DNA of 63,026 bases, the filler included, from Platydemus manokwari (Eukaryota), in the NCBI GenBank assembly GCA_037951405.1. It is 6 parts of 6 records of this genome, joined end to end, with 100 filler letters (N's around TTAATTAATTAA, not from the genome) between each part and the next. Parts side by side here need not be neighbours in the genome. Positions count along the whole stretch, not along the records: positions 1 to 12,087 come from JBBMOY010310002.1; positions 12,188 to 23,073 come from JBBMOY011088854.1; 4 more parts are not named here. The stretch is one strand, 5' to 3'. The notes beneath the pieces were generated by a model that worked only from the letters and a program-made list of their open reading frames with translations, was not told the DNA's origin and did not search any database. Positions 1-12,189 of this stretch are shown here, piece by piece. Within the stretch, counting starts at the first letter, position 1. The number at the start of each line of letters is the position of its first letter. The translations under genes were made by a program, and so were the position numbers.

Positions 1-2420
1 TCAATGGTGTTGGAAATAATTGTATCAAATTGATTGGTCAATTTACAATAATAATGACCTTGAAGATTATTTGACGACTTTGTAGCTATGAATCCCGTTC
101 GATTGTCATATTCAATAGATTCTTAAATTGATGAATTATAATATTAACAATAAAGAAATTAAAACTACTGAGAATATCACCACAATATTTAAAAAATACT
201 ATTGACAACATTTTTGATTATTTGTCGAAATTTAATATTTAAATTTTAAAAGGAAAATCAATTTACAATGAATTATTATTATTATCAATTTTGAATTACT
301 ATTATTTGATTTGTGAATTTATTATTTTCCACTAGTTTTTCGATTTTGACACATATATTGTTGATATTTGATTTAAGATGTAAACATTTTTTCTTTTCCC
401 TACTCCTAAACTTTTAATTTAAAATTTAAAATTTTATAAATTAATTCTCAAATTATAATAGTAATTTTAATTATAAGAATTTTAAAATAAATCATTGATA
501 ACCAACAGTTAAAAATATATTTGGCTAGACAATTAAAGGTGTTTGGTTAATAAAAGTATTTAAAAAATTAAATATTTCTTGATCATAATATTTAGTTTAG
601 TCTTTACACCGTAAGATCATAGCAATCTATTACGGACTGAGTTATGGTTAAAACAAGGTCATTTACATCGTTTATAAGAAGTAATATGACCAATATGACA
701 CATGAAATTGTTCTTGATCCATATCGAATCGGTTATGATTAATCATCACAAATCTTTTCTTACAATAATAGATTAAATTAAAACTTGGATTGAAATATTT
801 CTTAAATTTATTTTTTTAATTCAATTAAATAAAATATCTCGAAAATGGATTTTTGTTCCACAACCATTAATTGTTGTTATTAATTATTTTGTTTCAGCAT
901 TCTGTATGTTTTCATTTATTGACCTTTTACTTATGGTATTTTGTCTGTGATTAAACTTTCGCTGGTTTATTGATGTCCCAGTATGGTAGTTCAACTTTTG
1001 TTGTTCTCTTCTCTCTAGATTCGTAATAACTTATGCTGATTTTTTGTGGTTCATATTGTGTATTACGATAATTATTTACAGTGTTATGGTTTGACGGGTT
1101 TAAATTTGAGTTAGAAATATAAATATAAAACTTAACAAATAATATAAAAAAAATTAATTGACTCAAATTTACAACTTCAGTTAAAAATCTACGGTATCAA
1201 AATATAGTTCGATGATTTCGGTTAGAACTTAAATGCAAAACAAGTGGAATACTTTTCCTGTCTACACGAAAATCATTAAATGTATAAACTTCAAAATGTC
1301 ATAAATTAACAATATCGTACTCTTTGTAATCAAGCTTTTTCTCAAATTTCCCCATGATGATTCTATTTCAACAAGTAATTATAGTTTATTCCTATGTTTA
1401 TTTTCTGAATGTGATTATGGTATTGAACTTCTAACGCTTATGCTATCTCGAGGATTACATAACACTTTATTATATAAAAATTATAACTCGTATGCTCGTA
1501 TAAGTAGTGCAGGGACCTACTCAATTGAAATTGCGCTGCAATCGATATAATATAATTTCGAAAGTAGAATTAATAGGTAAACATCGTTTTATATGCGGTT
1601 CTAATAAATATAATTCTAATACTCACTAAAATTTCGAAACAAATATTTTCCTTGATAATTTTCAAAATTTTCACTATTTAACTTAAAAGTGTACTCACCC
1701 GTGCTTTCATTTTAATAGAATTTCTCCATACATCGTTTTCCATTTTTGAAACAACATCGTTTTCTGCCACAGTCATCATCACTTAAAACATCATCTTTAA
1801 TTTAATAATTATAAACTTCATTAAAATTTTTAAATGTCATTGTTAACTGACTCGATTTTATGTTTTTCTTGTCTTATTTTGACACCACAATTTCAATTTT
1901 GGATCATTCTTCGAAATTATTATTTTATTTACGTTGGGGTTATTGTTTTATTCGATTGAGTTGAAACGTGATGTCAATCATGTAGGTGCGTGTTATGTTG
2001 TGATATCATATTTAAAATTATTTTATAATCAAAATAAAACAATAACAAAGAATATGTTGATATTTTTTATTAAAATTAATTACAAATACATAATATTAAA
2101 AAAATCTTCTTTATTTACCCTAACTTAATTAATTTTCAAACCTCTAAAAATTACAAATTTATTCAGATATGCTGAGTATATACCTAAGTATACTTATATT
2201 ATTTTATTATTATATTTTATTTTATTTAGCGTATATTATTTCATTTTTTGTAATTTGATTTTGATGTAAACGATTTTCAAACGAGAAATTGTTTTAAATT
2301 GCTTGTTATAATGTTTTTTTGTTTTATTCTTGAAAATTTTCAGTAGAAAAAATCAAATAGAAATAACTAAAACACAAGATTTATTAAAATGTGTATTTCA
2401 AAATATAATATATAAAATAT

Positions 2421-5231
2421 CTAATCTGAGTCATCGCTTAAATTGCCATCATGTGGACCTATTAAATTTTGACGATTTGTTGTACACTCTTCATGCATTG
2501 TTGCTTTATCAAGACTGTCCAATAGAAATTTCGATTCTGAATCAACTATTGGACATTTCAGATCATGAATGATATTCACCAATTCTTGTGCTGACGCTCG
2601 TAACGAGTGATTATTGGTGATATCAGACACAATTTCTGTCAAATCCTTCAAATAAATATTTAATAAATCCGACAATTTTTCAATAAAATATTGATTTTGC
2701 TTTATTTTTGCCGTTTCTACATGCTCAGATAATAAAATGACGGCTTTAGTGCGTATTGTGTTTGGCACTTCTGATTTATGAATATAATCGATAATCATTC
2801 CTAATGATTCGTCCATTCGATCCACTTGATTGAGAAATGTTAACAAAGATGAAATTCCAGCCAATCGAACATATTCATTGTCATCATAATCAAATGAAAG
2901 AAATATTGAAAGTGGAACATCGGTTAACAGGCCTGCTTGATTCAATTTAGCCATTGAATGTAGGACAGCTGATGTTATGCAATACTTGTGACTGGGCAAT
3001 GTCATATCTTCAATCAATTGCTTATTTAGAACTTCAATGAACATTTGAAGATCTTTTTCATTAACGAATGATCTTGTAACTGATGTCATTCCATTGCTAA
3101 TAGCTTTGATTACACTGGCACGAAAATGTGATGAAGATATAGCAGAGAATTGTCCAGAAACATCTAACATATCAATATATAAATGGAAAAGATCATTCCA
3201 TTTATCGGCTGTTTCTGGAATATAAGTGAATGAGACAGCCTCAATGAGAGCCAGATGAACTAAATAATCTCCAATATATCTCCAACAATTCATTTTCAAT
3301 ATCGGACTTCCTTCATCTTTCTCACAAAACAAAGAAATCAATGCCGTTTTCAATGAATCTCGAGGAAACACCGTCGACGAATCAATGAGTGCATTTTTCA
3401 ATTGACGAATCGCTTCCAGACGAATTCGAGTGGAATTCCGTCGTTTATAAACCTGATTCATCAACCATTCAAGATGATCTAATCCGTTTATTTTGTCTAG
3501 CGCCACTAAACCACAAAATTTGGCCCAAAAATTGGATTCGTTTTGTGATAACAATTTAGCCTCATCTTCTCTCATTAGATTTCTAATTTGTCCAACAAGT
3601 TTCATTTCTGGATCTAAATGAACCCAACCAAGATTGGGGCCATCAATTTGATCTCTTTTTCTCGTGATGAGTTTTTGACCGGTTTTCAAATGAGTCGATT
3701 TTGAGGATGTCGCAATTTCAACTCGATTTAACATTTCTGACTTCATCCGGACGACTTGTTTAAACAAGCCATCCGGTTCTTGAATTTCCAAATCGATTGG
3801 TCCGGCATGAAAAAACGATTTGCCATCTTGGGTTTGACCGAGTATTAACTCGATAATTTTCTGCTTTTTATGGAAATGAGCTTTGCCAGCAATGTTGATG
3901 TGGCCTTTTCTCCTAACTAACTCGCTAATCAGAGATTTCCATCGCCCAAGATTTGCCTTATCAATGATCGAGCTATTGATAAACTTTTCTCTTCTCAAAT
4001 AAAAGCGAAAAATCTCACAAATATCTCTCATCGACGAAATCAAAGCCCAACTGCGAACCACCAAGCCCGATTTTATTCGATAAAATCGCTTATATCGAAG
4101 CGGCATCGATCGCACATTCGTCACATCAAATCGCATTTCAGCTTTACAAGCCGTCCAATCCAATACGATTCCTTCGTTTTTCATCTCATACTCCACCAAT
4201 CGATCATTTTTCATTTTTATCTCATACATTGACTCTTCTAATCGTTCTTCATAAAAATAATTTTTCACGAATTCCCAACCAAAATATTCTGCAATACCCC
4301 AACCAATCCAAGAATCATGCCATGTTTTCGGTTCGATAAAAGCTCCAATAAATTGTTCACACAATCCAATCATCAACAAGTGGGGCGTGTGAAAAATCTG
4401 TTCAACGATTCGATTATTGTGAAGAAGATTCAAGTCAAAAAGAGTCAGAGAAGAAGCAGTGTAGTGTTCTTCGAGGAGATTTTCTACAAATACAGCTTTA
4501 TAATTCTCAAAAGGATATTCCATTTGAAAATTTGTCTGTAGGAATGATAAGATTTTCATCATGGGACCGATGGATGCTTTGAGATAATCGATCATTTCAT
4601 GAGGAAAATAATAGCCGAATTTAGGATTTTCGTTATCGACATAGAAATCCAATTCTCCAACAACAAACGTGATATTTCTAGCAGTCGTTTGTCGAGAAAC
4701 ATGAAAAATATGAACATCATCATCTTTCGACACAAAATCACCACTGGAGATGACAATCATATTTTCATGTGGAGAAATTATTTCAATCCACCATTCACAG
4801 GCCTCATTGAACTCAATACAAGGAAAAACCGATCCAGTTCCATTATTATATGGATTGCAATACATGTAGGTGCCGACCGTTCCAGTGCTTGAAATGACAA
4901 ATTGTAAACCACATTTATTTCCAACACTTGTAAATTGTATTAAAATCGATAAGCATTCCAATTTTACAACACTATCTTCGAATTCATCTGGAATCAAAAT
5001 TGAAATCAACTCATCACTTATTCTTTCATAAGTCGCAGGAATGGCTGCATTTTCCATGTCTGCTTTATGAATTAAAATGCCTTCAATTTCTGGACCATTG
5101 CAATTTATCTGGACCACTTTTAAATTTTGAACAAGAGGCCAAACAAGTAATTTTGTTACACCTTGAATAGACTGGTTAGCGAAATTTAATTTTCGGATTG
5201 ATAAATCTTGACGTTGAAGTTTGAAACTCAT
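2421..5231 (-). CDS. TAF2: TFIID subunit 2 (TAF2)-like protein, M1 aminopeptidase-like fold, 936 aa, single exon, divergent
   Basis: Uninterrupted 936-aa ORF. Colinear TAF2-like blocks: N-terminal FKLQRQDLSIRKLNFANQSIQG, FPCIEFNEACEWWIEI, YPFENYKAVFVE, LCEQFIGAFI..KTWHDSWI..GIAEY, GPIDLEIQEPDG, WVHLDPEM, LPSHKYCITSAVL. No HEXXH zinc motif, as expected for TAF2. Confidence 0.88.
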   Translation of the reverse strand: MSFKLQRQDLSIRKLNFANQSIQGVTKLLVWPLVQNLKVVQINCNGPEIEGILIHKADMENAAIPATYERISDELISILIPDEFEDSVVKLECLSILIQFTSVGNKCGLQFVISSTGTVGTYMYCNPYNNGTGSVFPCIEFNEACEWWIEIISPHENMIVISSGDFVSKDDDVHIFHVSRQTTARNITFVVGELDFYVDNENPKFGYYFPHEMIDYLKASIGPMMKILSFLQTNFQMEYPFENYKAVFVENLLEEHYTASSLTLFDLNLLHNNRIVEQIFHTPHLLMIGLCEQFIGAFIEPKTWHDSWIGWGIAEYFGWEFVKNYFYEERLEESMYEIKMKNDRLVEYEMKNEGIVLDWTACKAEMRFDVTNVRSMPLRYKRFYRIKSGLVVRSWALISSMRDICEIFRFYLRREKFINSSIIDKANLGRWKSLISELVRRKGHINIAGKAHFHKKQKIIELILGQTQDGKSFFHAGPIDLEIQEPDGLFKQVVRMKSEMLNRVEIATSSKSTHLKTGQKLITRKRDQIDGPNLGWVHLDPEMKLVGQIRNLMREDEAKLLSQNESNFWAKFCGLVALDKINGLDHLEWLMNQVYKRRNSTRIRLEAIRQLKNALIDSSTVFPRDSLKTALISLFCEKDEGSPILKMNCWRYIGDYLVHLALIEAVSFTYIPETADKWNDLFHLYIDMLDVSGQFSAISSSHFRASVIKAISNGMTSVTRSFVNEKDLQMFIEVLNKQLIEDMTLPSHKYCITSAVLHSMAKLNQAGLLTDVPLSIFLSFDYDDNEYVRLAGISSLLTFLNQVDRMDESLGMIIDYIHKSEVPNTIRTKAVILLSEHVETAKIKQNQYFIEKLSDLLNIYLKDLTEIVSDITNNHSLRASAQELVNIIHDLKCPIVDSESKFLLDSLDKATMHEECTTNRQNLIGPHDGNLSDDSD

Positions 5232-6663
5232 TTTTATTTTTCCAAAGATTAATCAATAAATAATAAAAGAAAAAAATTAAATTAAAAAATTAATTTTATT
5301 ATTTATTGGATAAAAAATTATTTAAAAATAAATTTTAAAATATACATTTGAAATCTACATTTAAAAACAAGCAAATTTTAAATAATATTATTAAAATTAA
5401 TAAACTCTCAATAAATTTTAAAAAATGAAATAGAGATAAGTATTTTATGCTTGATTTATTCATTATAATTAGAAATTTTTAATATAGATAAATATTTAAC
5501 CATCCTATAATAGGCTTTATTTCACAAAAACAAGAATTTTTGCAATAATGTTTATTAATTATAAATTATCATCATAAAATTGGTTGGATTTACATTTTGA
5601 AAAACAACTTTAAATTCATATGATTAAAACTAATTAAATTAAAGTGCAACAAATATGTTTAAACGTTTATGAACAAAGTCAATAAGCATTAGTTTTTAAA
5701 TATGTTAACGATTTTTATATTTACATAAGAAATATTTTCCAAAATAATATTAATTTTTTATAAATTTACCTAAATACGTCTGCATTCAAAGAAGTTTCTT
5801 TCATCACAATCTATATCTTCAAATATTTTTCACTTCCAAATATTTTTCACATCAACGAAACACAAACAGATTTCAGCAGTCGTCTCCTAAATAGAATATA
5901 AGTATTCAAGACTATCAATCTAGAGTCAATTTGACATAATCTGAATCACAAGCTCGATTGTAATAAGAAATATTGACAATGAAAGACAATGGATCGAAAA
6001 AATAGGGAGTGAAGAAAAATATAAACCAATGATTAAAAAAATAAATTGTTGGGATGAAAAAATGAAGGTGGCCGTAGCAGTTGTGAGAATATTGATAATA
6101 ACGAGAGTATTAAAAATTGAAGTATTGAAGAACAAAATTAGAGGCTTATATGATTTGTTTTGAGTAAATTTCGAATATAATTTGAAATATGGTGAATGAT
6201 TTTTGTGGAATTTAAAACCAATGATGTACAGTTATGTCGTCGCAGCTTTTGATGAAATCAATTAATTCTGGATTCATTAAGGCAATACTGAAAATGTTAG
6301 ATTTTATATCATTTACTTGTAAAAGAAATATAATTTTTGTGCATTAATAAATTTTTATATTTTTGAACCATAAATTTTATACAAAAAATTTTTACATGAG
6401 TTTTTTTCATAAAATTATCACAAAATATTTACAAATAAATCATATTCATGCCAAAAGTCAAAGAGTTAAGATAAAATCACTAATGAGTCAAATCAAAAAT
6501 CACTAATTGTCTTCATCAATATCCATCTTACACTTGGGTTTTTGCAAGCTTTGATAGGAAGATTGAAATTGAGATTGTTGGGATCTGGGTCTTATCTTGA
6601 GGTAGACTGAAGACAGGGATTATGAAGATGATCCCACTGTGGACATTGATGGTTGTAGAGATA

Positions 6664-7130
6664 TGTTGGGTTTTGGTCTTATAAGTTATCACTCCCAACA
6701 AAAATGAGTTCTTTAAAGCTGATCTGATTTAAATTCAATTCAACTCACTCGATATATAAAAATATATTATCGATTAAGATCACAGCTGTATGAATTCGTA
6801 AAACAATTATTAAATAATAAATCAAAACCAACAACACTTTTATAAGAAAAGTGCGCTATTGCAGATCAAAAACAAATTACCAAGTTTTTCAGAATAATTT
6901 ACAATTAAAAATTATTGATTTATTAATAAATCGGACCCACAAGCAAAATTATTTGATCAGCAACAAACTTAAGTTTAGCACAAACAATTTAAGGTATGTG
7001 AGTGGTCGATTCGAATTTGACGAAACGACCTATAAGTAATGATTTTGAATAATATAGATTTTAAAATGTTTTTATTCTGGCAATTTCCGCACCTTTGAGC
7101 TGCTTCTGTTTAAGCAAAGTATCCAATACC
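6664..7130 (-). repeat. 3' part of an LTR, homologous to the 3' part of solo LTR 48979-50315
   Basis: Colinear shared blocks with ~49840-50315 (reverse complement of 6664-7130 vs plus strand): aaggtgcggaa, ttttaaaatctatatt, tataggtc, gaatcg.ccactcac, ggtccgatttattaataaat, atcagatca, gaactca, tgttgggagt, cttataag, accaaaacccaaca (terminal CA). Confidence 0.8.
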
Positions 7131-7449
7131 ACCAATTGTGTGTAATTGAAGCTTGTGGATTTTTCGAACTCTATGGATTCGTCGTCTGGAAACAAGTATC
7201 GTGGTCGACAGCTTTTTTTTTAAAGTTTTCGCTTTCTGATATTTTTTTTCTCCGTTAAGTTTTTTAGATTTAAAATATTTTTATTTACATCTACCCATCT
7301 ATACATCATCCTTTTGTATAGTACTTTATTCCATATTGAATTTTCGTGTAAGGTTTTGGCTGATCGATTTCCTCTTTGAGCTGTCTCATTTGCTCCTTTT
7401 CTTGCTCATATGGTATGTATATTTTTGTTGTGTCATCCTTTTTAGTATA

Positions 7450-9588
7450 GCTATCACTGTTACTTTTTAATTCCTCTTTTTTGACTCGTTTTTTGGTTTT
7501 CTGAGAAGCTCTTTTAAATATTGGTATTTCTTTTTAAATGATTGTTTTCTAGCTCTTTCTTGTTCCCATTCCATTTTCTTTACTCGGCAGCTTAATTGCT
7601 CTAGCTCAATGAGCTGATTAGCTTTATACTCCTCAAACGGTACTCCCGATTTAATGATGTGTATTGCCTCGTCTACGCTGTCTATTTCGACTTTCTGTGA
7701 GTCGCCTGTATAATGCGTATTTTCATGCAGCTTCGATTGATAACAGCAATTATATTGATGGTGTTCGATTACATATACATCTGGGAATCCCGCTTTCTGC
7801 CTTTATTCTACTGCGGACACTTTTGTTTGAATTTCTTTCCAAGCTAAGTGTTTTGCCAATACTGGACAGAAGCATGCAGCCCTCTTCCAACCCTTCGTGT
7901 ACATTTTTTTCTAGTTGTTTATAGGACAGTAGTTAGGTGAATAGCAGCTTGGTCATCATTGCCACATAATAAATACCTACGAAAAATGAGAAGAAATTGT
8001 CCCCACAATCCTTGCAGTATGTTCATTGCTGCTTTTTTATAATGATCTGCACTTAATATCGCCTCATAATTGTATTCTTTTCCGCTTTGGTTTCCGTCTA
8101 TGATCCTTTGTACCATGAAAGAGATAACTTTGTCTTTTACTATTGGATACAGCAGGTGTTTTCTAACCCGCTCAATATCTTGCGGTGAGTAGAGACCGCT
8201 TTTTTCCATGTCTGCTATTGTTTGGAACTCTATTCCCCTTGATGTGCCGTTTAATTCTAATTTCTTGGACTTTTGCAGCTAGTCGCCTATCTGGAGTCGT
8301 TATCCATTGGTCTTTCCCAATCTCATACATTGGCTCGAGGGGGTTTAAGCACGAATCGATTTCCTTGGGTTTGTTTTTCCAATCTGTCAATATTCTTGTA
8401 ACAGACAGCACGTATACCATTTTCCCTTGATACATCATTGCTAACACATTTGCTCATTTGGCACGTGTGCTAGCATAACTTGGACCGCTTGACATTTGAA
8501 GGTGTGCAACACTTCTCCGACTACTCTGGCAAAAATTCCTCTTTTTTTAAACACCACTGGTGCCATTAGTTCTGGACTAGTGACAGTTACTGCGATTTTC
8601 GTTAGCAATAATTCTCTATTAATTCTCCAATCATTGGTTATTGTTTCTTGGTATAATTCATACATATGGCCAATTTGTTTATGGTATAAATAATCCATTT
8701 TGTTGTTTACATAAGGCCATTTTTACGTCATGCTTGTCTACCGTTTTTCTGGACTCTTTGATTTGCCTGAGGGTTAAATATATGCCTTTGTAATTGGTTG
8801 ATTTTACCGCTTTGCCGCATTTAACTGCTTCTCCTTTCTCTATGAATCTCATGGCATCTGATGTACTGGTTGATACAAATATCCTTGGCGTTGCTTTTTA
8901 GTGAACAGGTATGTTTCTCGCTTCCTCGTATCTCTTTTTCTTATTTTCATCGGTGGTTGCCTTCCGCTTATTACATAAAAATTTGTTGCTTTTAGGAAGG
9001 CTAAATTGCATGCATACTGATCTATTTGATAAACTATCATAGATTCTCCTGTGTCACAACTGGTTTTATTTGCTGTGTAAAATGAATGTGTCATAATTTT
9101 TCTGGTGGATGTGTCGATCGCTGCTTGAAATTTTCTAAGTTGTTTTTGATACTCGCATTCTACTATTGATGTTTGTTTCCACCCGACTATATTTCTTTGT
9201 TACTGTATTATCTCTCCTAATTTTGCTATTAATTCTATGCCGTGAATTTTTAAAATTTTTGTTTGAAATGCAGGTTCACATTCTATTGTCGTCACTATGG
9301 CTGCTATCGGACTGTATGTTGGCTTTAGTGTTGTCGTGTATCCTCCGTTGTTTGAGCAATAGAAAACAGACTCTTGGTATGTTACAATACATTCTTTGCT
9401 ATTGTTCTTATGAAGTCTCCTTGATAAACATGGTATAACTTCTTCCCTTCCTGTACCATGGCCACAGGATTTACCTCCGGGCAATCCTTAATATCGAATA
9501 ATGAATATTTCTGCTCCATTTTTGGCTTTGCACAGTCAAAGGCTACGATTATTTCAAAAATAGTCATTACAACTAGCAGTAATTTCAT
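7450..9588 (-). pseudogene. Chuvirus-type (gB-like class III) fusion glycoprotein / env, copy 1, frameshifted
   Basis: Signal peptide MKLLLVVMTIFEIIVA then FDCAKPKMEQKYSLFDIKDCPE. Also NNKMDYLY, GIFARVVGEVLHTFKC, TRIL, PMYEIGKDQW, SGLYSPQDIERVRKHLLYP and TM FSFFVGIYYVAMMTKLLF. These match the recalled chuvirus G pattern (YDC..SLLD..C; GEV.H..KC; SGIY...D.......I.FP). Basic KIRKR is a possible furin site. Confidence 0.8.
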
Positions 9589-12087
9589 GATAGTTGGATT
9601 TACTTTGGCCAACTTTTTGGCTTTCTTTATGGCCTCTTTTTGTTTGATTTCTCTCGTTGTTGGACTGCTTGAGTCGGTTGATAAATCATCGTTTTTTTCT
9701 AAAAGCATCTTTTTCAACGCCGGTTTGCCTATTATACGCTTTGATCTTTCTTCTTCGATTTCTTGGTCACTATCGCTTTCAGTGAAAATCTTTTTCCGCA
9801 ATTGTTTATGTGCCACCTTGAACTCTGACTCATTTCTTGGTCTTTGCTGCGTGATCAGTGTTCGTAATTCTAATATATCTTTTATTATTCGATTATTTCT
9901 ATCTGCTTTGAGACTTTTCCCATTCTTCTTGTATTTTCGTTATTTTCTCTTCAAAGTTTTTAAATCTATCATCCCATACAGCATCACCGTGACAGCTCTG
10001 TGATGGGGTATACGACAGAGATGGATTCGCTATCGCATTCGTGGTTATTTCTATTGGTGTTATAAAATTATCATGTATTTGCAGCATGCCTTTATCGATC
10101 AAATAGTCATCATCCAGTATTTTTCGGCCTTCGTAAGTCATATTAAATGTTGTGTAAACCATGCCTTTTTCTCTTAGGGCTTTATAAAACCACTTTCTTA
10201 ATTTTCTTCTTGTAGCACAAACATGAAATTTATGGCAGCCATTAATCACATGTTCATAGTCCCATTCGTAATAATACAATGTGGTAATTGGTATTGTTTT
10301 GTGGCATTCCTTATGCTGTCGAATCAATTTGCCCCTTATTTCAATTACTTAATGATATTTATCGCTCTGTCCCCCATAGAAATATATGTTATCTTTTACA
10401 GCAGTGATGTGATCGAATATCTCTGTTATTGCTGTCTTGTTCAAACCTTGTTTAATGCATATGGTACAAGATCTACAGTTTCGTCAATGTGAATCAACAT
10501 ATCTTTTCCCCATCTATCTAGGGTACTTTGTTTCTGTTTACCCAAAAATATAAAAAGACTGATTTGTATTTGCTCCGTTAATTCATTAAGTATATTATCT
10601 TATTACCGTCGTTTCAACCAATACACCTTTGATTACGATTCGGTCTGAAAGTCTATAATGCTCATCTTCACTTTCTTCATTAATATTCTTACAGCGATAA
10701 TTATCGATGTAAGTCTTCATTTACCACAATAAATTGTGGCAGTTTACTTACTTATCAAATTGCTTTCTTATCTAACAAATCAGTTAACAATTCATTCCTT
10801 TACCATTACCAATATGAAATTTGATTTAAGACATAGTATATATCTTCTAGTATATATCAGTGAACTTACAAACATTCAGCTGCATTCATACTTAAATAAA
10901 ATTTTCCGATTTAAGAATAACCGCAACAGATGAAAACTCAATTTCAATCTCGATACCAAAAATCATTATCATAAATCATTCTGCAGAGCTATCCAATTTT
11001 ATTTTGAATATTTTTTACTTTAGTTTAGATTGGATTGTTTGGTAATTTATGTTGTTGTATATTTTCTGATTTACCGGTGTGCATGTGTGTATGGCTGCCT
11101 GTTCATGCCTGCCAATGTTCATGTTTAAAAATGTATTTTCAATGTTCCACAGTAAGCGGTTTTGATTCATTAACTTCGCATTTCACACAAGTACGAAAGA
11201 AACTTCATCTCCACTGCTAAATTATTTGTATCTGTATTAACGTACCAATATTTAATAATATTACCCACAAAAGATACGATCGGTCTTGGTGTGTCATTTG
11301 ATTTCTATTAAAAGTTTTAGACAGAACTTCAATCACCTTTTCTTTGAGGGTTTTAAAAGTAAATTTCTGCAAACAAATGGGTTTCATGATTATGACGAAT
11401 TATTTTGTTACAATATTGATTATTATTCTTTTATATTCCTCTGGTAAAATCAATTGTAAAACACCATAACCAATCTAATTCAACTATTACGTCAGAACTA
11501 ACGATAAAGAGTTGCTCGAAAATCATCCCAAAGTTTTAGATTTACCAGAAAATAACTTTCAACGATAATTATTGAAATAAGTATTGAGTAGAAATTAAAA
11601 CAAAGTAAGTCGTTATGCTGTCAAATAATCACAGATTAATTTCAGATGATTGAACAGCTTATTATGAAAGCAGCAGGCAGACTTTTATTTTCAGCAAGCC
11701 GCGCAGAATTCAAGTGCTTTAAAAATCTGCTAATCTTCAGTAAAAACGATTTTAAATTTTCAGCATACCATATGTTAAAATTTTTGAGGTGATTCTTGGC
11801 TTTATCAGATAAATCTGCATGTTGAAGGATATTATGTATCTATTTATTGTATTAATTTATAAATTATTGAATGGTTTATTTATTCGTTTGATATTGTTTA
11901 TATCTTGAACGCAATGAAAATCAAAATTTAACTTCGAATTGCTTTGAAAATGTAAATAAAATATTAAATTCAAAACTTTTCATTAAATAATGTTCATCAA
12001 AAACCGTATTTGGTTTGTCAAATGAAGAATTATAAATCTAAAATTTGTATAAGATTTTATATAGTATCACTTATTAATAACTTATTA

Positions 12088-12187
12088 NNNNNNNNNNNNN
12101 NNNNNNNNNNNNNNNNNNNNNNNNNNNNNNNTTAATTAATTAANNNNNNNNNNNNNNNNNNNNNNNNNNNNNNNNNNNNNNNNNNNN
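12088..12187. other. Artificial contig linker (N44-TTAATTAATTAA-N44)
   Basis: 100-bp N run with a central six-frame stop 12-mer. Confidence 0.98.
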
Positions 12188-12189
12188 AA

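Larger units (their letters stand above)
6664..10550 (-). mobile_element. Decayed env-bearing LTR retroelement (element 1): unknown N-terminal region, chuvirus-like glycoprotein, long tail, LTR 3' end
   Basis: Chain of frameshifted minus-strand ORFs (9899-10327, 9382-9816, 9200-9484, 8849-9094, 8441-8698, 8172-8447, 7919-8209) ending in a segment homologous to the solo LTR at 48979-50315, with terminus ...CCCAACA at 6664. The 5' boundary is approximate. Confidence 0.75.

Noticed and set aside
5760-6260. Hydrophobic minus-strand ORF upstream of TAF2
   Set aside because: No ATG start, recognisable domain or consistent splice structure.
7450-9588. Interpretation as a stand-alone endogenous chuvirus fragment
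   Set aside because: No nucleoprotein or RdRp nearby, and both glycoprotein copies are physically tied to LTR or pol sequences.
9458-10003. 181-aa plus-strand ORF and similar antisense ORFs (e.g. 4599-4892, 45290-45568)
   Set aside because: Shadow frames opposite real or decayed minus-strand coding sequence.
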